In this document: positions 48,735-59,131 of the stretch, piece after piece
Numbering within the stretch: position 1 is the first letter of the stretch
How the letters are laid out: the number at the start of each line of letters is the position of its first letter
Assembly (NCBI GenBank): GCA_964291405.2
Contig: OZ219926.1
Location: 1,088,001-1,152,000, forward strand
DNA from: Thermodesulfobacteriota bacterium
GTDB lineage: Bacteria; Desulfobacterota; Binatia; Bin18
DNA length: 64,000 nt
Direction: 5' to 3'
Notes under the pieces: model-generated
Seen by the model: only the letters and a program-made list of their open reading frames with translations
Told to the model about the DNA's origin: nothing
Databases searched by the model: none
Program-made: the position numbers and the translations under genes

Positions 48735-50444
48735 TCAGCGTAAAAAATACTTTCTGGCGAGCGGGACTTCATCCGCGGGCTCGCACGTCATCAGCTCGCC
48801 ATCGGCGTAGACCTCATGCGTGTGCGGGTTGACGGTGATGTCCGGGCAAGTGTCGTTATGCAGCATATCCCCCTTCCCCACCGCGCGCGTGTTCCGAATC
48901 GGCAACATGGGTTTGTGGAGTTCGAGTTTGCGCGGAATATCAGCCTCAAGCGCCAGGGAACTGGCGAAGACCGCACTCAGGGCAGACGGCGCGCTGCCCA
49001 CCGCTCCCCACATGGGACGCTGGATAATCGGCTCAACCGGGAAGATGCAGCCACTCGCGTCTCCCATGATGGACCAGGCCATAAAGCCGCCCTTCATCAC
49101 CATCAACGGTTTGGCACCAAAAAATGCCGCTCCCCACAGTACCAGATCGGCCATCTTCCCGGCCTCCAGCGAGCCGACGTAATGGTCAATGCCCATCGCC
49201 CGGGCCGGGTTGATGGTATATTTGGCGATATAGCGTTTGATCCGCTCGTTATCGGCGCGCGCTGTTCTTTCCGTGGGAAGACGGCCGCGTTGGTCCTTCA
49301 TTTTACTCGCCAGCCGCCAGCAATTCGTAATGGTTTCATGCACCCGCCCCATCCCCTGCGTGTCCGCGGCAAACATCGAGATCGCGCCCAGGTCGTGCAA
49401 CACGTCTTCCGCGGCCATGGTCTGCGGCCGAATGCGGCTTTCGGCAAAGGCGACATCTTCCGGTAAGCGCCAATTCAGCATATGGGCGTCCATGGTCATG
49501 GGCAGGGCTTCGTCGAGCGCGTTGCGCGAGTAGGGGTTGGTCGGATTGGTGGAAGACGGCAGGCAGTTGGGCTCGCCCGCCACACGGATGAGATCGGGCG
49601 CGTGGCCGCCGCCGGCCCCCTCGACGTGGTACATATGAATCGTCCGACCGGCGATCGCGGCCAGCGTGTCCTCACAGTAGCCGGCCTCGTTGATGGTGTC
49701 GGTATGGAGCTGAACCTGAAAATCGTATTGATCCGCCACCGTGAGCGCGCAGTCTATGGTGGCCGGCATGGCTCCGAAATCCTCGTGGACCTTGACGCCG
49801 ATCGCCCCACCGGCCACGCTCTCCTCAATCGCGGCGCCGACGTGCGAGTTGCCCCGTCCCAGAAAGCCGAAATTCAAGGGATAGTGCTCGCAGGCTTTGA
49901 GCATCTTGGCCAGATTATTCGGCCCCGCGCAGCTGATATCGAAATGCGGCCCCATGGTGCCGCCAATAATGGTCGTAATGCCGCTGGCCAGGGCGTGTTC
50001 ACACTGCTGCGGACACAGGAAGTGGGCGTGCGCCTCCACTCCCCCTGGGGTAATGATCAGGCCATCGCCGTGCACGATGGTCGTACAGGGACCGCAGACC
50101 AGCTCGGGCTGGACCCCGTCCTGGATGGCGGGATTCCCGGCTTTGCCCACACCGACGATCTTACCCTCCTTAATACCGATATCGCCCTTCACGATGCCCA
50201 GCACCGGGTCGATGATCGTGGCGTTCTGGACCACCATATCCAGCCCACCCGACGCCGCGGTCGTGGCGGCGTGAAAGCCCATCCCGTCGCGCATCACCTT
50301 GCCGGCCCCGGTCAGACACTCGTCGCCATAGACCGCAGAGTCGTGCTCAACCTCGGCCAGCAGCGAGGTGTCGCCCAGACGCACCATATCGCCCGTTGTT
50401 GGCCCATACGTGGCCGCATAGGCCGCCCGTGTCAGTCTGGCCAT
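48735..50444 (-). CDS. ureC: Divergent urease alpha subunit (urease-like dinickel amidohydrolase)
   Basis: [45 protein letters not shown] and [11 protein letters not shown] motifs. Confidence 0.9.
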   Translation of the reverse strand: MARLTRAAYAATYGPTTGDMVRLGDTSLLAEVEHDSAVYGDECLTGAGKVMRDGMGFHAATTAASGGLDMVVQNATIIDPVLGIVKGDIGIKEGKIVGVGKAGNPAIQDGVQPELVCGPCTTIVHGDGLIITPGGVEAHAHFLCPQQCEHALASGITTIIGGTMGPHFDISCAGPNNLAKMLKACEHYPLNFGFLGRGNSHVGAAIEESVAGGAIGVKVHEDFGAMPATIDCALTVADQYDFQVQLHTDTINEAGYCEDTLAAIAGRTIHMYHVEGAGGGHAPDLIRVAGEPNCLPSSTNPTNPYSRNALDEALPMTMDAHMLNWRLPEDVAFAESRIRPQTMAAEDVLHDLGAISMFAADTQGMGRVHETITNCWRLASKMKDQRGRLPTERTARADNERIKRYIAKYTINPARAMGIDHYVGSLEAGKMADLVLWGAAFFGAKPLMVMKGGFMAWSIMGDASGCIFPVEPIIQRPMWGAVGSAPSALSAVFASSLALEADIPRKLELHKPMLPIRNTRAVGKGDMLHNDTCPDITVNPHTHEVYADGELMTCEPADEVPLARKYFLR

Positions 50445-50452
50445 GTTCCCTC

Positions 50453-51157
50453 CTATGCGCCCTTAAAACCGCGCTCTTTGGCCCGTTGGAGAGCGGCCCG
50501 CTTGACCGCTTCGGAATGAATAGAGCCGTTGGTGAGATTGTTGAGACCGGTGACTTCGCCGCTGCCGCCCAGGGCGACTAACGGAACGGCTTTCTTCACC
50601 CCGGGCTCAAAGCGCACCGACGCGCCCGCCGGCACGTCCGGACGCATGCCGAACGCCTGCGCCCGATCAAACTCCAGGGCCTTGTTGGCTTCAAAGAAAT
50701 GAAAATGGCTGGCCACCTGGATGGCACGATCTCCGGTATTGACGACCTCCAGGGTCAGGGTTTTGCGGCCTGCGTTCAGGTCTATCTCTTCGTCAGGTGT
50801 GATGATCCCACCGGGTCGCCCATACGGTGATTCAGGCAGGGGCTCGGAGCCGGGGCGGATCGGATTATACACGGCAATGAGCTTGGTCCCATCCGGGAAC
50901 ATCCCATCAACCATAATCCGGGATACCAGTTGGGCAACGCTGGGCAGCACGTCGTCTGTCGTCAGCAGCGTTGACCCCAGGCTGACCAGCTCCGCGACCG
51001 ATTTCCCCTCGCGCGCGCCCTCAAGCAGTTCGTCCGTGATATAGGCAATGGCCTCGGCCGCGTTGAGCTTGAGCCCTTTGGCCTTATGGCGGCGCGCAAG
51101 TTCAGCCGCCATAAAAATAGTGAGGCGTTCGTTTTCCGTAGGCGTGAGGTTCAGCAT
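50453..51157 (-). CDS. ureAB: Fused urease gamma-beta subunit
   Basis: GLKLN...FPDGTKL (gamma) joined to [19 protein letters not shown]...VRFEPG (beta). Confidence 0.92.
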   Translation of the reverse strand: MLNLTPTENERLTIFMAAELARRHKAKGLKLNAAEAIAYITDELLEGAREGKSVAELVSLGSTLLTTDDVLPSVAQLVSRIMVDGMFPDGTKLIAVYNPIRPGSEPLPESPYGRPGGIITPDEEIDLNAGRKTLTLEVVNTGDRAIQVASHFHFFEANKALEFDRAQAFGMRPDVPAGASVRFEPGVKKAVPLVALGGSGEVTGLNNLTNGSIHSEAVKRAALQRAKERGFKGA

Positions 51158-51213
51158 GGGCGTTCCTCCTGGAGATCGACTACTGAGCGTGGGGTCTGCA
51201 CCAGGCGCACAGG

Positions 51214-51888
51214 TCAGTTTGCAAACAACCGCGTCGCCTGGGTCTCATGACGCATCATGGCAATATCCGCGACCGGCGTAAAGCTGCTGAGAAACTCGGG
51301 TAAGGGCGTGACAAGCAGCGCGGTCAGCGTGGGGCGTATGTGCTGCACAATCAGTTGGGCCTGGATATGGCTTACAAAGCCGAGCCGGATGGCGGCACTC
51401 ACAAACGCCATGCCCTGGAGATGGCCGGACAGCAGACTGGCCTGCTCCGCGTCTAACCCGACCCCCCGCCAGACCAGCCCTTGAACAACCGGGAGATGAC
51501 TCCACGCCTGCCCGGTTTTGACACGCTCCAGATAGTCGGCCGCACGGGGCGTCTTAAGCCGGTCGTGCACGCGCAGCAAGACCCGGCCGGCCCGCTGCGA
51601 TACGACGCGCAACTCGCGCGCAAGCGAGAGCGCTTCCAGTTCTGCATCAACCACAGCAACTTTTTCCAGCTCGCCCGCGGCGCGATGCGCCCACACCAGG
51701 GCGGGTCGGTCGCAGCATGCCCAACGATGGTGGAGTTGACCCTGGACAAAGTGCAGCAAGGTCTCGGCGTCATGCACATAGGAATCGGTGAAGAGCGTCT
51801 CCAACCCCCACGAAGCCGCAAAGCCACCACCGGGGAAAAAGCTGTCGCCGTGTTGCAACGCAGTCAGCAGGGCAATCGAGTCAGTCAT
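51214..51888 (-). CDS. ureF: Urease accessory protein UreF
   Basis: [20 protein letters not shown]...SAAIRL...[13 protein letters not shown]. Confidence 0.9.
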   Translation of the reverse strand: MTDSIALLTALQHGDSFFPGGGFAASWGLETLFTDSYVHDAETLLHFVQGQLHHRWACCDRPALVWAHRAAGELEKVAVVDAELEALSLARELRVVSQRAGRVLLRVHDRLKTPRAADYLERVKTGQAWSHLPVVQGLVWRGVGLDAEQASLLSGHLQGMAFVSAAIRLGFVSHIQAQLIVQHIRPTLTALLVTPLPEFLSSFTPVADIAMMRHETQATRLFAN

Positions 51889-51908
51889 GCGGATTTTTGA
51901 TGTGTCAG

Positions 51909-52223
51909 CTATTCTGGAGATGTCGTAAGTTCCTCATACGGCGATACCCGGCGTTGAATTTCTGCTCCCAGGGCGTCTTCGGCCTTTTCCAGATCATAAT
52001 GCAGCTGTAGATTCAGCCAAAATTGGGCACTATTCCCAAAATACCGTGCCAAGCGGAGGGCCATATCCGGTGTAATACGTCGCTTGCCATGAACGATGGC
52101 ATTGATCCGTGGAGGCGGCACATCGATATCTCGGGCCAGTTTATTCTGACTGATTTGCAGCGGTTCAAGGAATTGGTGGAGGAGTAATGCCCCTGGCAGG
52201 ATCGGTTTGAGTTTCTTCCCCAT
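51909..52223 (-). CDS. higA: HigA antitoxin (second copy)
   Basis: PILPG...ISQNKLA...ITPDMALRLARYFGNSAQFWLNLQ. Confidence 0.9.
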   Translation of the reverse strand: MGKKLKPILPGALLLHQFLEPLQISQNKLARDIDVPPPRINAIVHGKRRITPDMALRLARYFGNSAQFWLNLQLHYDLEKAEDALGAEIQRRVSPYEELTTSPE

Positions 52224-52232
52224 GGTTTTCTC

Positions 52233-52511
52233 CTAGTGATAATCCACAATTTCTACGTCATAGGCATTCCCGTCTCTCCAGGTGAAACAGAGCCGCCATT
52301 GACGGTTGATCCGAATACTCCACTGGCCTGCACGGTCTCCTTTCAATCTCTCTAACCGGTTACCGGGCGGGACTCTCAGATCATTCACGTCCGTTGCTGC
52401 GTGCAGCAACGAGAGTTTTTCCCGAGCCTCCCGTTCAAATCTCTGAAAGCGACGCGCTCGCTGACGCAAGAACAGCCGATGCGTGTCTTTAGTGCCAAAT
52501 GTCCGAATCAT
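52233..52511 (-). CDS. higB: HigB toxin (second copy)
   Basis: PPGNRLERLKGDRAGQWSIRINRQWRLCF...VEIVDYH. Confidence 0.9.
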   Translation of the reverse strand: MIRTFGTKDTHRLFLRQRARRFQRFEREAREKLSLLHAATDVNDLRVPPGNRLERLKGDRAGQWSIRINRQWRLCFTWRDGNAYDVEIVDYH

Positions 52512-52714
52512 TTATATAACGTTTACCGTATGGACAATCGGCCGTCCGGCCTTCCATCAGCCGCGAGCCGCCTTTGCTTCGGCTGTCATGCTGCTCCCTC
52601 ATTAGCCGAGGCCGACTCCAAATACAAACTCGCCTGGGGTCGATTTTTTTGTTAAGTCAGGCTGTCTATGCAAGAGGCGTATCTTCGGTTCTTCCCCGAG
52701 GAGAACCCGGTGCT

Positions 52715-53208
52715 ATGACCACACCTGTGGAGCCTCCAGACAAACATCCGTTCGTCCTTCACCCTCATCGCACCTTTACGACCCTGAGTCTGCCCGTCAT
52801 GGCCTCTCTCGTGGTCGAGCCGTTTGCCAGCCTGGTCGATACCGCATTTGTGGAACGGCTGGGCGCGGCTTCGGCAGCCGGACTTGGCGCGGCAACCGCG
52901 CCAAGTCCGGCTGCCGAAGCCGCGCCGTGACCCAGCCGCTCAACGCACTGTCCTTTGTCACAGACGGTATTCATTGGGGGACTGGTGACTATGCCTATCT
53001 GCGCAACGCCATGATCGTCGCCACGGGGACGGGTGTTCTCGTCCTGCTGTGTATCGACCCGACGCACGCTCAGGCGTTTGCTCAGGTGTGGCTGGCGATG
53101 GCGGTGTGGATCGTCATCCGGGCGATGTTTGGCCTGCTGCGTATCTGGCCGGGCATAGGCAAGGCGGTTCTGCGGCTGTCAGGGTCGGACTCGGTGGTCC
53201 ATCGGTAA
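52715..53208 (+). pseudogene. MATE/DinF efflux transporter remnant with internal deletion
   Basis: N-terminus LSLPVMASLVVEPFASLVDTAFVERLG joined to C-terminus QPLNALSFVTDGIHWGTGDYAYLR, with the middle missing. Confidence 0.8.
52862..52926. repeat. Perfect 31-bp inverted repeat (3-nt loop) at the MATE deletion junction
   Basis: GGCGCGGCTTCGGCAGCCGGACTTGGCGCGG-CAA-CCGCGCCAAGTCCGGCTGCCGAAGCCGCGCC. Confidence 0.9.
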
Positions 53209-53225
53209 AAAATATAGTCCTCTCC

Positions 53226-53612
53226 CTATCCCCCCATCTCTGCGATACGGCGCGCCATCCATTCGACGTAGGTCGTGCGGGTCATACCGCGCCTTCGCGC
53301 CTCAGCGTCGATGAAAGCAGCCACGCCCTCGTCGAGCGCGATATGGATGCGCACGCTCCGACCCGAGGGACGGATCAACGGGATGGACACAAGAGCCTGC
53401 CCGGCCAAGGGTTTCACCCGTTCCAGAGCGCTTGGCGGCAGGATTTCCTCGTCGTCCTTTTCCACCTCAACCGCATAATCGCGTAGCGCTTCCTCAGCGT
53501 TCAGCATTGCCTCGTCAACGGTTTTTCCCATGGCGACAATGCCAGGAAGGTCGGGAAACGTCACGCCGTAAGCGCCCTTTTTGCCGTCGATCAGCGCGGG
53601 ATACCGGAGCAT
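53226..53612 (-). CDS. hicB: HicB antitoxin
   Basis: YGVTFPDLPGIVAMG.TVDEA..NAEEAL plus C-terminal RHH. Confidence 0.9.
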   Translation of the reverse strand: MLRYPALIDGKKGAYGVTFPDLPGIVAMGKTVDEAMLNAEEALRDYAVEVEKDDEEILPPSALERVKPLAGQALVSIPLIRPSGRSVRIHIALDEGVAAFIDAEARRRGMTRTTYVEWMARRIAEMGG

Positions 53613-53632
53613 GCCTACGTCCTCCTCTTCAA

Positions 53633-53842
53633 CTATTCTGGCCAGCCCGCCTTTTTTGCGATGGAACGAGCCACGCCGAGGGATACCGTCTCATGTCTGG
53701 GCAGGGTAATGATGCCCTTGATAGACAGGTGCCGATAGATGTCGTGGCCGGAGCCATGGCGCGCCAGATACCATCCGTCCTTTTCCAACTTACGCCTGAT
53801 CCGGTCCGTTTTCGTTTCTATCACCACATTTTTCTTGCACAT
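53633..53842 (-). CDS. hicA: HicA toxin
   Basis: LEKDGW...GSGHDIYRH...ITLPRH...VARSIAKKAGW. Confidence 0.88.
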   Translation of the reverse strand: MCKKNVVIETKTDRIRRKLEKDGWYLARHGSGHDIYRHLSIKGIITLPRHETVSLGVARSIAKKAGWPE

Positions 53843-53967
53843 ATATATGCGCCCTTTTATGTGGATACATCAAGCCTCTCCGACCAAGGATTGAGCGATA
53901 CAGACAGGAGTAGTCTGGTAGGAGTATATTGCGAAGATTATACTGAGAGACAGGAAAGGAGGCGGTC

Positions 53968-54411
53968 ATGTCTCGCTCGTTCTCTGGTGGCTGCGCGTGT
54001 GGCACAATTCGATACGAGTGTACGGCCGACCCGGTGTTCTCGTGGAATTGCCACTGTCGGGACTGTCAACGCGCGAGCGGCAGCGCCTTTTGTCCGGTCT
54101 CGTATGTCCCCAAGACCGCGCTCTCCAGCACCGGAGCCGTTACCTATCACGAAGTGAAGGCCGAAAGCGGGCGGGCCGTACGTCGCGGCTTTTGTCCGCA
54201 GTGTGGCTCACCGGTCTTTATCCTGGCCGAGCTTGTTCCCGACCTGATAGGCGTCTGGGCCGCCAGCCGGGATGAGCCGGATCAGTTTCAGCCCGCAGTC
54301 AATGTCTGGACCGCGAGCGGCCAGCCCTGGGATGAGATGCACGCCGCCCTGCCGGCCTGTCCAAAAGCCCCGGCTGACGCGGAGATGCAGCAGATATTGA
54401 GCTCTAAGTGA
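53968..54411 (+). CDS. GFA/CENP-V family protein
   Basis: GGCACG, CHCRDCQR and FCPQCGS motifs. Confidence 0.9.
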   Translation: MSRSFSGGCACGTIRYECTADPVFSWNCHCRDCQRASGSAFCPVSYVPKTALSSTGAVTYHEVKAESGRAVRRGFCPQCGSPVFILAELVPDLIGVWAASRDEPDQFQPAVNVWTASGQPWDEMHAALPACPKAPADAEMQQILSSK

Positions 54412-54504
54412 AAGATCCGAGATCAAGATCCATATTTTCCCTTGACGCGGCTCCAGCGTTTTTCATACAGTCGAGAGCAATCCCACGCAAAGAGGAGGCA
54501 CTCT

Positions 54505-54912
54505 ATGATCACGCGCAGCAACCCGGATGTGGATTATATTCCGGACGAGGTCTTCCAGACCTACGGATTCACCCAAAACATCAGAGCCGGCAATACACTC
54601 TATCTGTCGGGCGTCGCCCCCTTCAAGGGCAACCAGGAGCAGGTTGAGGTCGTCGGGGTCGGAGATATCCGCGCCCAGGTTGCCCACACCCTGGAGATCA
54701 TCAAACGGTGTCTGGCCGCCGAAGGGGCAACGTTCGAAAACTGGGTCGTCCAAACCGTCTATACCACGAATATGACCGAACTCCAGAAAACGGCTGACAT
54801 CTTTCGCGAGGCATTCGGGGACTATACGCCGACGAGTACCTGGGTCGAGATCAAGGGCCTGTTTGTTCCCGAGCAGATGGTCGAGATCAACGGGACGGCC
54901 ATTTTAGACTGA
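54505..54912 (+). CDS. RidA-family protein
   Basis: AGNTLYLSG...PTSTWVEIKGL..PEQMVEI; RBS GAGGAGG. Confidence 0.85.
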   Translation: MITRSNPDVDYIPDEVFQTYGFTQNIRAGNTLYLSGVAPFKGNQEQVEVVGVGDIRAQVAHTLEIIKRCLAAEGATFENWVVQTVYTTNMTELQKTADIFREAFGDYTPTSTWVEIKGLFVPEQMVEINGTAILD

Positions 54913-54979
54913 GTCCATCGTCCTTTGCTGAACGGCACCCACGTTCCTTGTCTATAGCCTGTATTAAAGGAGTTCCGTC

Positions 54980-56425
54980 ATGCCAGACCAATTTACGTAT
55001 TTGGATGCGACCGCCCAGGCCGAACTCGTCAAAAACGGAGAGGCTTCGCCCCTGGAGCTGGTCGATGCCGCGATTGCCCGGATCGAACAGCTCAACCCCC
55101 AGCTCAACGCGGTGATTCACCCCTTGTTTGACAAGGCGCGCACCCAGGCCCAGGCTGCCGACCTGCCGGACGGTCCCTTCCGCGGTGTGCCGTTTGTAAT
55201 GAAAGACCTGCTCGGCGGACCGGCCGGGGAGCCGTTGCATAATGGCATGCAGTTCCTGAAACGGCTGAACTTCACCTCGAAGCAGGACCCCTATCTGGCA
55301 GTGAAGTTTCGCGAGGCCGGTTTTATCAGCGTGGGTCGCACCAACACACCGGAGTGGGGGCTGATGGGAACGACCGAACCCGCGGCCTACGGCCCGACCC
55401 ATAACCCGTGGAATCTCGATCATTCTCCCGGCGGCTCAAGCGGCGGCAGCTCAGCCGCGGTGGCGGCGCGCCTGGTCACGGTCGGGCATGGGGGCGACGG
55501 CGGCGGGTCGCTACGTATTCCAGCCAGCATGTGTGGCATTGTCGGGCTTAAACCCAGCCGTGGCCGGGTGTCGTTTGGGCCGGGCATGGGCGAGTGCTGG
55601 CATGGGATGGCCAACGAGGGCGTGATGACGCTCTCGATGCGCGACATGGCCGGTGTGCTCGATAGTATGCAGGGCGTCATGCCGGGCGACCCCTATGCCG
55701 CTCCCACGCCTGTTCGGCCGTATACCGAAGAGGTCGGTCGCGACCCCGGCAAGCTCCGCATCGGCCTCATGCTCCAGCGGCCTCGCAATGACGCCCCCCT
55801 GCACCCGGAATGCAAGCGCGCGGTCGAGCAGACCGGCAAGCTGCTCGAATCGCTCGGCCACACGGTCGAGATCGCGCATCCCGAAGCCTATGACGAATCT
55901 GAGTGGCTCGACCACTGGATCCTTGTGGTCAACGCCCACTCGGCCCTGACCGCGGATGAAATCGAAGCCGCCGCCGGGCAGCGCATTGGCGAGGGCGATA
56001 TTGAGCCGTACGCCTGGCGCTTTGTGGAAGAGGGCCGCAAGATTTCGGCAACCAGTTATCTGGCGTCAATGAACTGGCTGCACGCCTGGGCACGCCGCCT
56101 GGCCAGTTGGTGGACTGACGGCTTTGATCTGCTGGTCACCCCGACTCTGGGTGAGCCGCCGCCGCGCCTGGGCGATATGGGCGGGCCCAGCGCGGACAAT
56201 CTCGCCAAGTGGGAGCGCAATCTTGAGGTCATTCCCTTTACGCCGGCGAATAATGCCTCGGGCCAGCCGGGGCTGTCGCTGCCGCTCCACTGGACCCCGG
56301 ACGGCCTGCCGGTCGGAGTCCATTTTGTCCCGGCCTATGGCCAGGAGGATCTGCTGCTGCGGATTGGGTCCCAGATCGAGCAGGCCCAACCGTGGATGGA
56401 GAAGCGTCCGCCGGTGTGCGCGTAA
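54980..56425 (+). CDS. Amidase-signature enzyme (copy 1)
   Basis: GVPFVMKDL, PGGSSGGS and DGGGSLRIPAS (Ser-cisSer-Lys triad). Confidence 0.93.
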   Translation: MPDQFTYLDATAQAELVKNGEASPLELVDAAIARIEQLNPQLNAVIHPLFDKARTQAQAADLPDGPFRGVPFVMKDLLGGPAGEPLHNGMQFLKRLNFTSKQDPYLAVKFREAGFISVGRTNTPEWGLMGTTEPAAYGPTHNPWNLDHSPGGSSGGSSAAVAARLVTVGHGGDGGGSLRIPASMCGIVGLKPSRGRVSFGPGMGECWHGMANEGVMTLSMRDMAGVLDSMQGVMPGDPYAAPTPVRPYTEEVGRDPGKLRIGLMLQRPRNDAPLHPECKRAVEQTGKLLESLGHTVEIAHPEAYDESEWLDHWILVVNAHSALTADEIEAAAGQRIGEGDIEPYAWRFVEEGRKISATSYLASMNWLHAWARRLASWWTDGFDLLVTPTLGEPPPRLGDMGGPSADNLAKWERNLEVIPFTPANNASGQPGLSLPLHWTPDGLPVGVHFVPAYGQEDLLLRIGSQIEQAQPWMEKRPPVCA

Positions 56426-56459
56426 GCCTCGCTCCCTTGGGGAACGTGTGATGCGAAAA

Positions 56460-56552
56460 GGAACCCACCCCGGCCTTCGGCCACCCCTCCCAGGAGGGGA
56501 TGTGTGCTGCTCCCCTCTTGGGAGGGGTGCCGCGCTAGCGGCGGGGTGGGTT
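56460..56552. repeat. Inverted pair of REP-like units (ACCCACCCC...CCCCTCC...GAGGGGA family)
   Basis: 56460-56501 and an inverted unit at 56511-56552; the same family occurs at 61007-61113. Confidence 0.75.
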
Positions 56553-56645
56553 ATCTCCGGCCCAGTGGCCCCCCACGTTTGGCGAGCGCTGGTTCCTGGG
56601 AATGGGCAGCACACGTCAGGGAGGAGAGTTGCATGAGGAGGAAGC

Positions 56646-57707
56646 ATGGAATTCGGGATTGCCTATCCGGCCCGGCTTGATGCCTGGAAAGACCTGGTCC
56701 GAGCCGAAGAACTCGGCTTCAGCTATGCCTGGTTCTATGACTCGCAGATGCTCTACAGCGACGTATACGCCTGCCTGGCTCTGGCGGCCGAGCATACCAA
56801 AACGATCAAGCTCGGAACCGGCGTTGCGATTCCCAGCAGCCGGCTCGCCCCGGTTACGGCGCACTCGATTGCCACCATTAACCAGCTTGCCCCCGGGCGC
56901 GCCATTCTCGGCATCGGCACGGGTTTTACCGGTCGCAACACCATGGGCCTGCCGCCCGTCCGGCTGGGGCCGACCCGGGAATATATGCAGCAGTGTCGGG
57001 CGCTGTTACGCGGGGAAGAAGTCCTCTTCCGCGAAGGCGAGCGCGAACGCTGGATTCGCTTTCTGCACCCCGAACACGGCTATATCAACCTGCAAGACAA
57101 CATTCCGATTTACTTTGCGGCCAACGGCCCCAAGGCGATGGAACTGACCGGGGAGGTTGCGGACGGCTGGATTACCGTTTTCTCGGATGCCGAACATTTC
57201 AGCCTCGACCTGGCAACCGTGGCGCGGGGCGCGGAGAAAGCGGGCCGGTCGGTCGAGGCGATTGCCCGCATGGCCCTGACAACGACCTGCCTGCTCCAGC
57301 CGGGTGAGTCGCCGATCTCGCCCCGTGTCATCGAACGGGTTGGGCCGTACGCCATTCTGCCCCTGCACGCCATGTGGGAAGGGTCGGCGGTGGCCGTAGA
57401 GCAGTCGCCCCTGGGTCAGCTCTACGCGCGCTACCGTGACCATTATATTGCCAAGATGCAGACTCCCCGGGATCGTCGCTATCTTGAAGTGCATGAGGGG
57501 CATTTGATCTATCTCAAACCGGGGGAAGAAGACTACCTGACCGAAGACCTGATTCGGACCTCGTCGCTGACCGGGACAAGCGAGGAGATTATCGCCCGCA
57601 TCAAGGCGCTCGAAGCCGCCGGCCTGACGCAGATTGCCGTTCAGGTTGTAACGGACGGCCGGGAACTTATAGAAGAGTTTGGTCGAGAAGTGATTGCGAA
57701 GTATTAA
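56646..57707 (+). CDS. LLM-class flavin-dependent oxidoreductase
   Basis: AWFYDSQM, LGTGVAIP, AANGPKAMELTGEVADG. Confidence 0.9.
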   Translation: MEFGIAYPARLDAWKDLVRAEELGFSYAWFYDSQMLYSDVYACLALAAEHTKTIKLGTGVAIPSSRLAPVTAHSIATINQLAPGRAILGIGTGFTGRNTMGLPPVRLGPTREYMQQCRALLRGEEVLFREGERERWIRFLHPEHGYINLQDNIPIYFAANGPKAMELTGEVADGWITVFSDAEHFSLDLATVARGAEKAGRSVEAIARMALTTTCLLQPGESPISPRVIERVGPYAILPLHAMWEGSAVAVEQSPLGQLYARYRDHYIAKMQTPRDRRYLEVHEGHLIYLKPGEEDYLTEDLIRTSSLTGTSEEIIARIKALEAAGLTQIAVQVVTDGRELIEEFGREVIAKY

Positions 57708-57732
57708 TCATCAGCCATAAGGAGGAAAGAGC

Positions 57733-58143
57733 ATGGCAACGAAAAAGGCTACACAGAACGCCGCGAAGATTATCGATCCGGGCTGGAGCTGGGACGATAA
57801 GCTGCCCTTAGCCCAGGCGAAGCAGATCGGCAACACCATTTATGTGTCCGGCCAGGTCGCGTTCAACTCGCAGGGAAAGCTGGTCGGCAAGGGCAATATG
57901 AAGACCCAGACGCGCCAGGTCTTCCGCAATATCAAGGCGGTCCTGGCCGCGGCGGGCGCCAGGATGGAGCATATTATCAAGATCAATACCTATATCACCG
58001 ACGGCAGCAAGTTCATGGAGATGCTCGAAGCGCGCGGTGATATCTTCGGCGATAACCCGCCGGCCAGTACGGCTGTTGTGGTGGCCGGCCTGGCTTTTCC
58101 GGGGCTCCTGATCGAGGTTGAAGCGATTGCCGTCAAGCCGTAA
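57733..58143 (+). CDS. RidA-family protein
   Basis: IYVSGQV...PASTAVVVAGLAFPGLLIEVEAIA. Confidence 0.9.
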   Translation: MATKKATQNAAKIIDPGWSWDDKLPLAQAKQIGNTIYVSGQVAFNSQGKLVGKGNMKTQTRQVFRNIKAVLAAAGARMEHIIKINTYITDGSKFMEMLEARGDIFGDNPPASTAVVVAGLAFPGLLIEVEAIAVKP

Positions 58144-59131
58144 CGCTGCGATTCTCGACCGGACCCGGCATCCGCAGCAAAGAGTGAACGTGTCCCCCGC
58201 TAGACATGAAAGGCTGGACACGTTTACTCCTCACCTCAAGGGCCTGCTGCTCATGCTCGGCGCAAGTTTGTGTTGGAGCACGGGTGGCCTGTTCGTCCGC
58301 TCCGTCAGCATCCCCAACAGCTGGGAGATTGCCTTCTGGCGCTCGCTCGCCATGGGGATATTCCTGTTCGTCTGGCTCTCCTTTCGCTACGCGGGCAACG
58401 TACGACGGGCGGTCGTCGCCATCGGACCGGGCGGCTTTCTGGCCGGCCTGTGCCTGGCTGCTGCCTTCCTGGGTTTCATCCTGGCCGTCACACAGACAAC
58501 GGTGGCGCATACCCTGGTCATTGCCAGTACTTCGCCCTTTCTAGCGGCGATTTTTGGCCGGGTGTTTCTGGGCGAACTGGTGCCGTTGCGGCGCTATGTG
58601 GCGATGAGCGTCGCGCTGGCCGGCATCGTCGCCATGTGTCTCGATTCTTTCACCGCCGGGACGCTGGCGGGGAGTATCATCGCCGGCGGCGTGGCGGTCA
58701 GCTTTGCGCTGTGTGTGATTCTGCTGCGCCGCAGTCAGGCGCGGGCCGATATGACACCAGTCGTGCTGGTGGCCGCGCTCATCTCCGGCGGGGTGGCCCT
58801 ACCCCTCAGCCTGCCGTTGCAGGCCGCGTGGCAGGACATCGGCACCCTGGCCTGCATGGGCACCCTTCAGGGTGGGCTGGGTTGCCTGCTCATGACGCTG
58901 GCGGCACGGTATATTACTGCGGTTGAAGTCAGTCTCCTGGCTCTCCTGGAAACGATCCTTGGTCCGCTGTGGGTGTGGATCGGCGTGGGAGAACGGCCCA
59001 GCGATCTCGCCATTGTTGGCGGCGTGGTAGTGGTTGCCTCGTTGGCGCTGAACGAATTCCTGGGCCTGTACCGACAACGTACAGTGGAAGCACCGCTGCC
59101 CTCGGATCAATCGACAGGTCAACCCGTGTGA
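58118..59131 (+). CDS. DMT/EamA-family transporter
   Basis: About ten TM helices; LLETILGPLWVWIGVGERP. True start is probably ~60-70 nt downstream. Confidence 0.85.
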   Translation: MKRLPSSRNAAILDRTRHPQQRVNVSPARHERLDTFTPHLKGLLLMLGASLCWSTGGLFVRSVSIPNSWEIAFWRSLAMGIFLFVWLSFRYAGNVRRAVVAIGPGGFLAGLCLAAAFLGFILAVTQTTVAHTLVIASTSPFLAAIFGRVFLGELVPLRRYVAMSVALAGIVAMCLDSFTAGTLAGSIIAGGVAVSFALCVILLRRSQARADMTPVVLVAALISGGVALPLSLPLQAAWQDIGTLACMGTLQGGLGCLLMTLAARYITAVEVSLLALLETILGPLWVWIGVGERPSDLAIVGGVVVVASLALNEFLGLYRQRTVEAPLPSDQSTGQPV

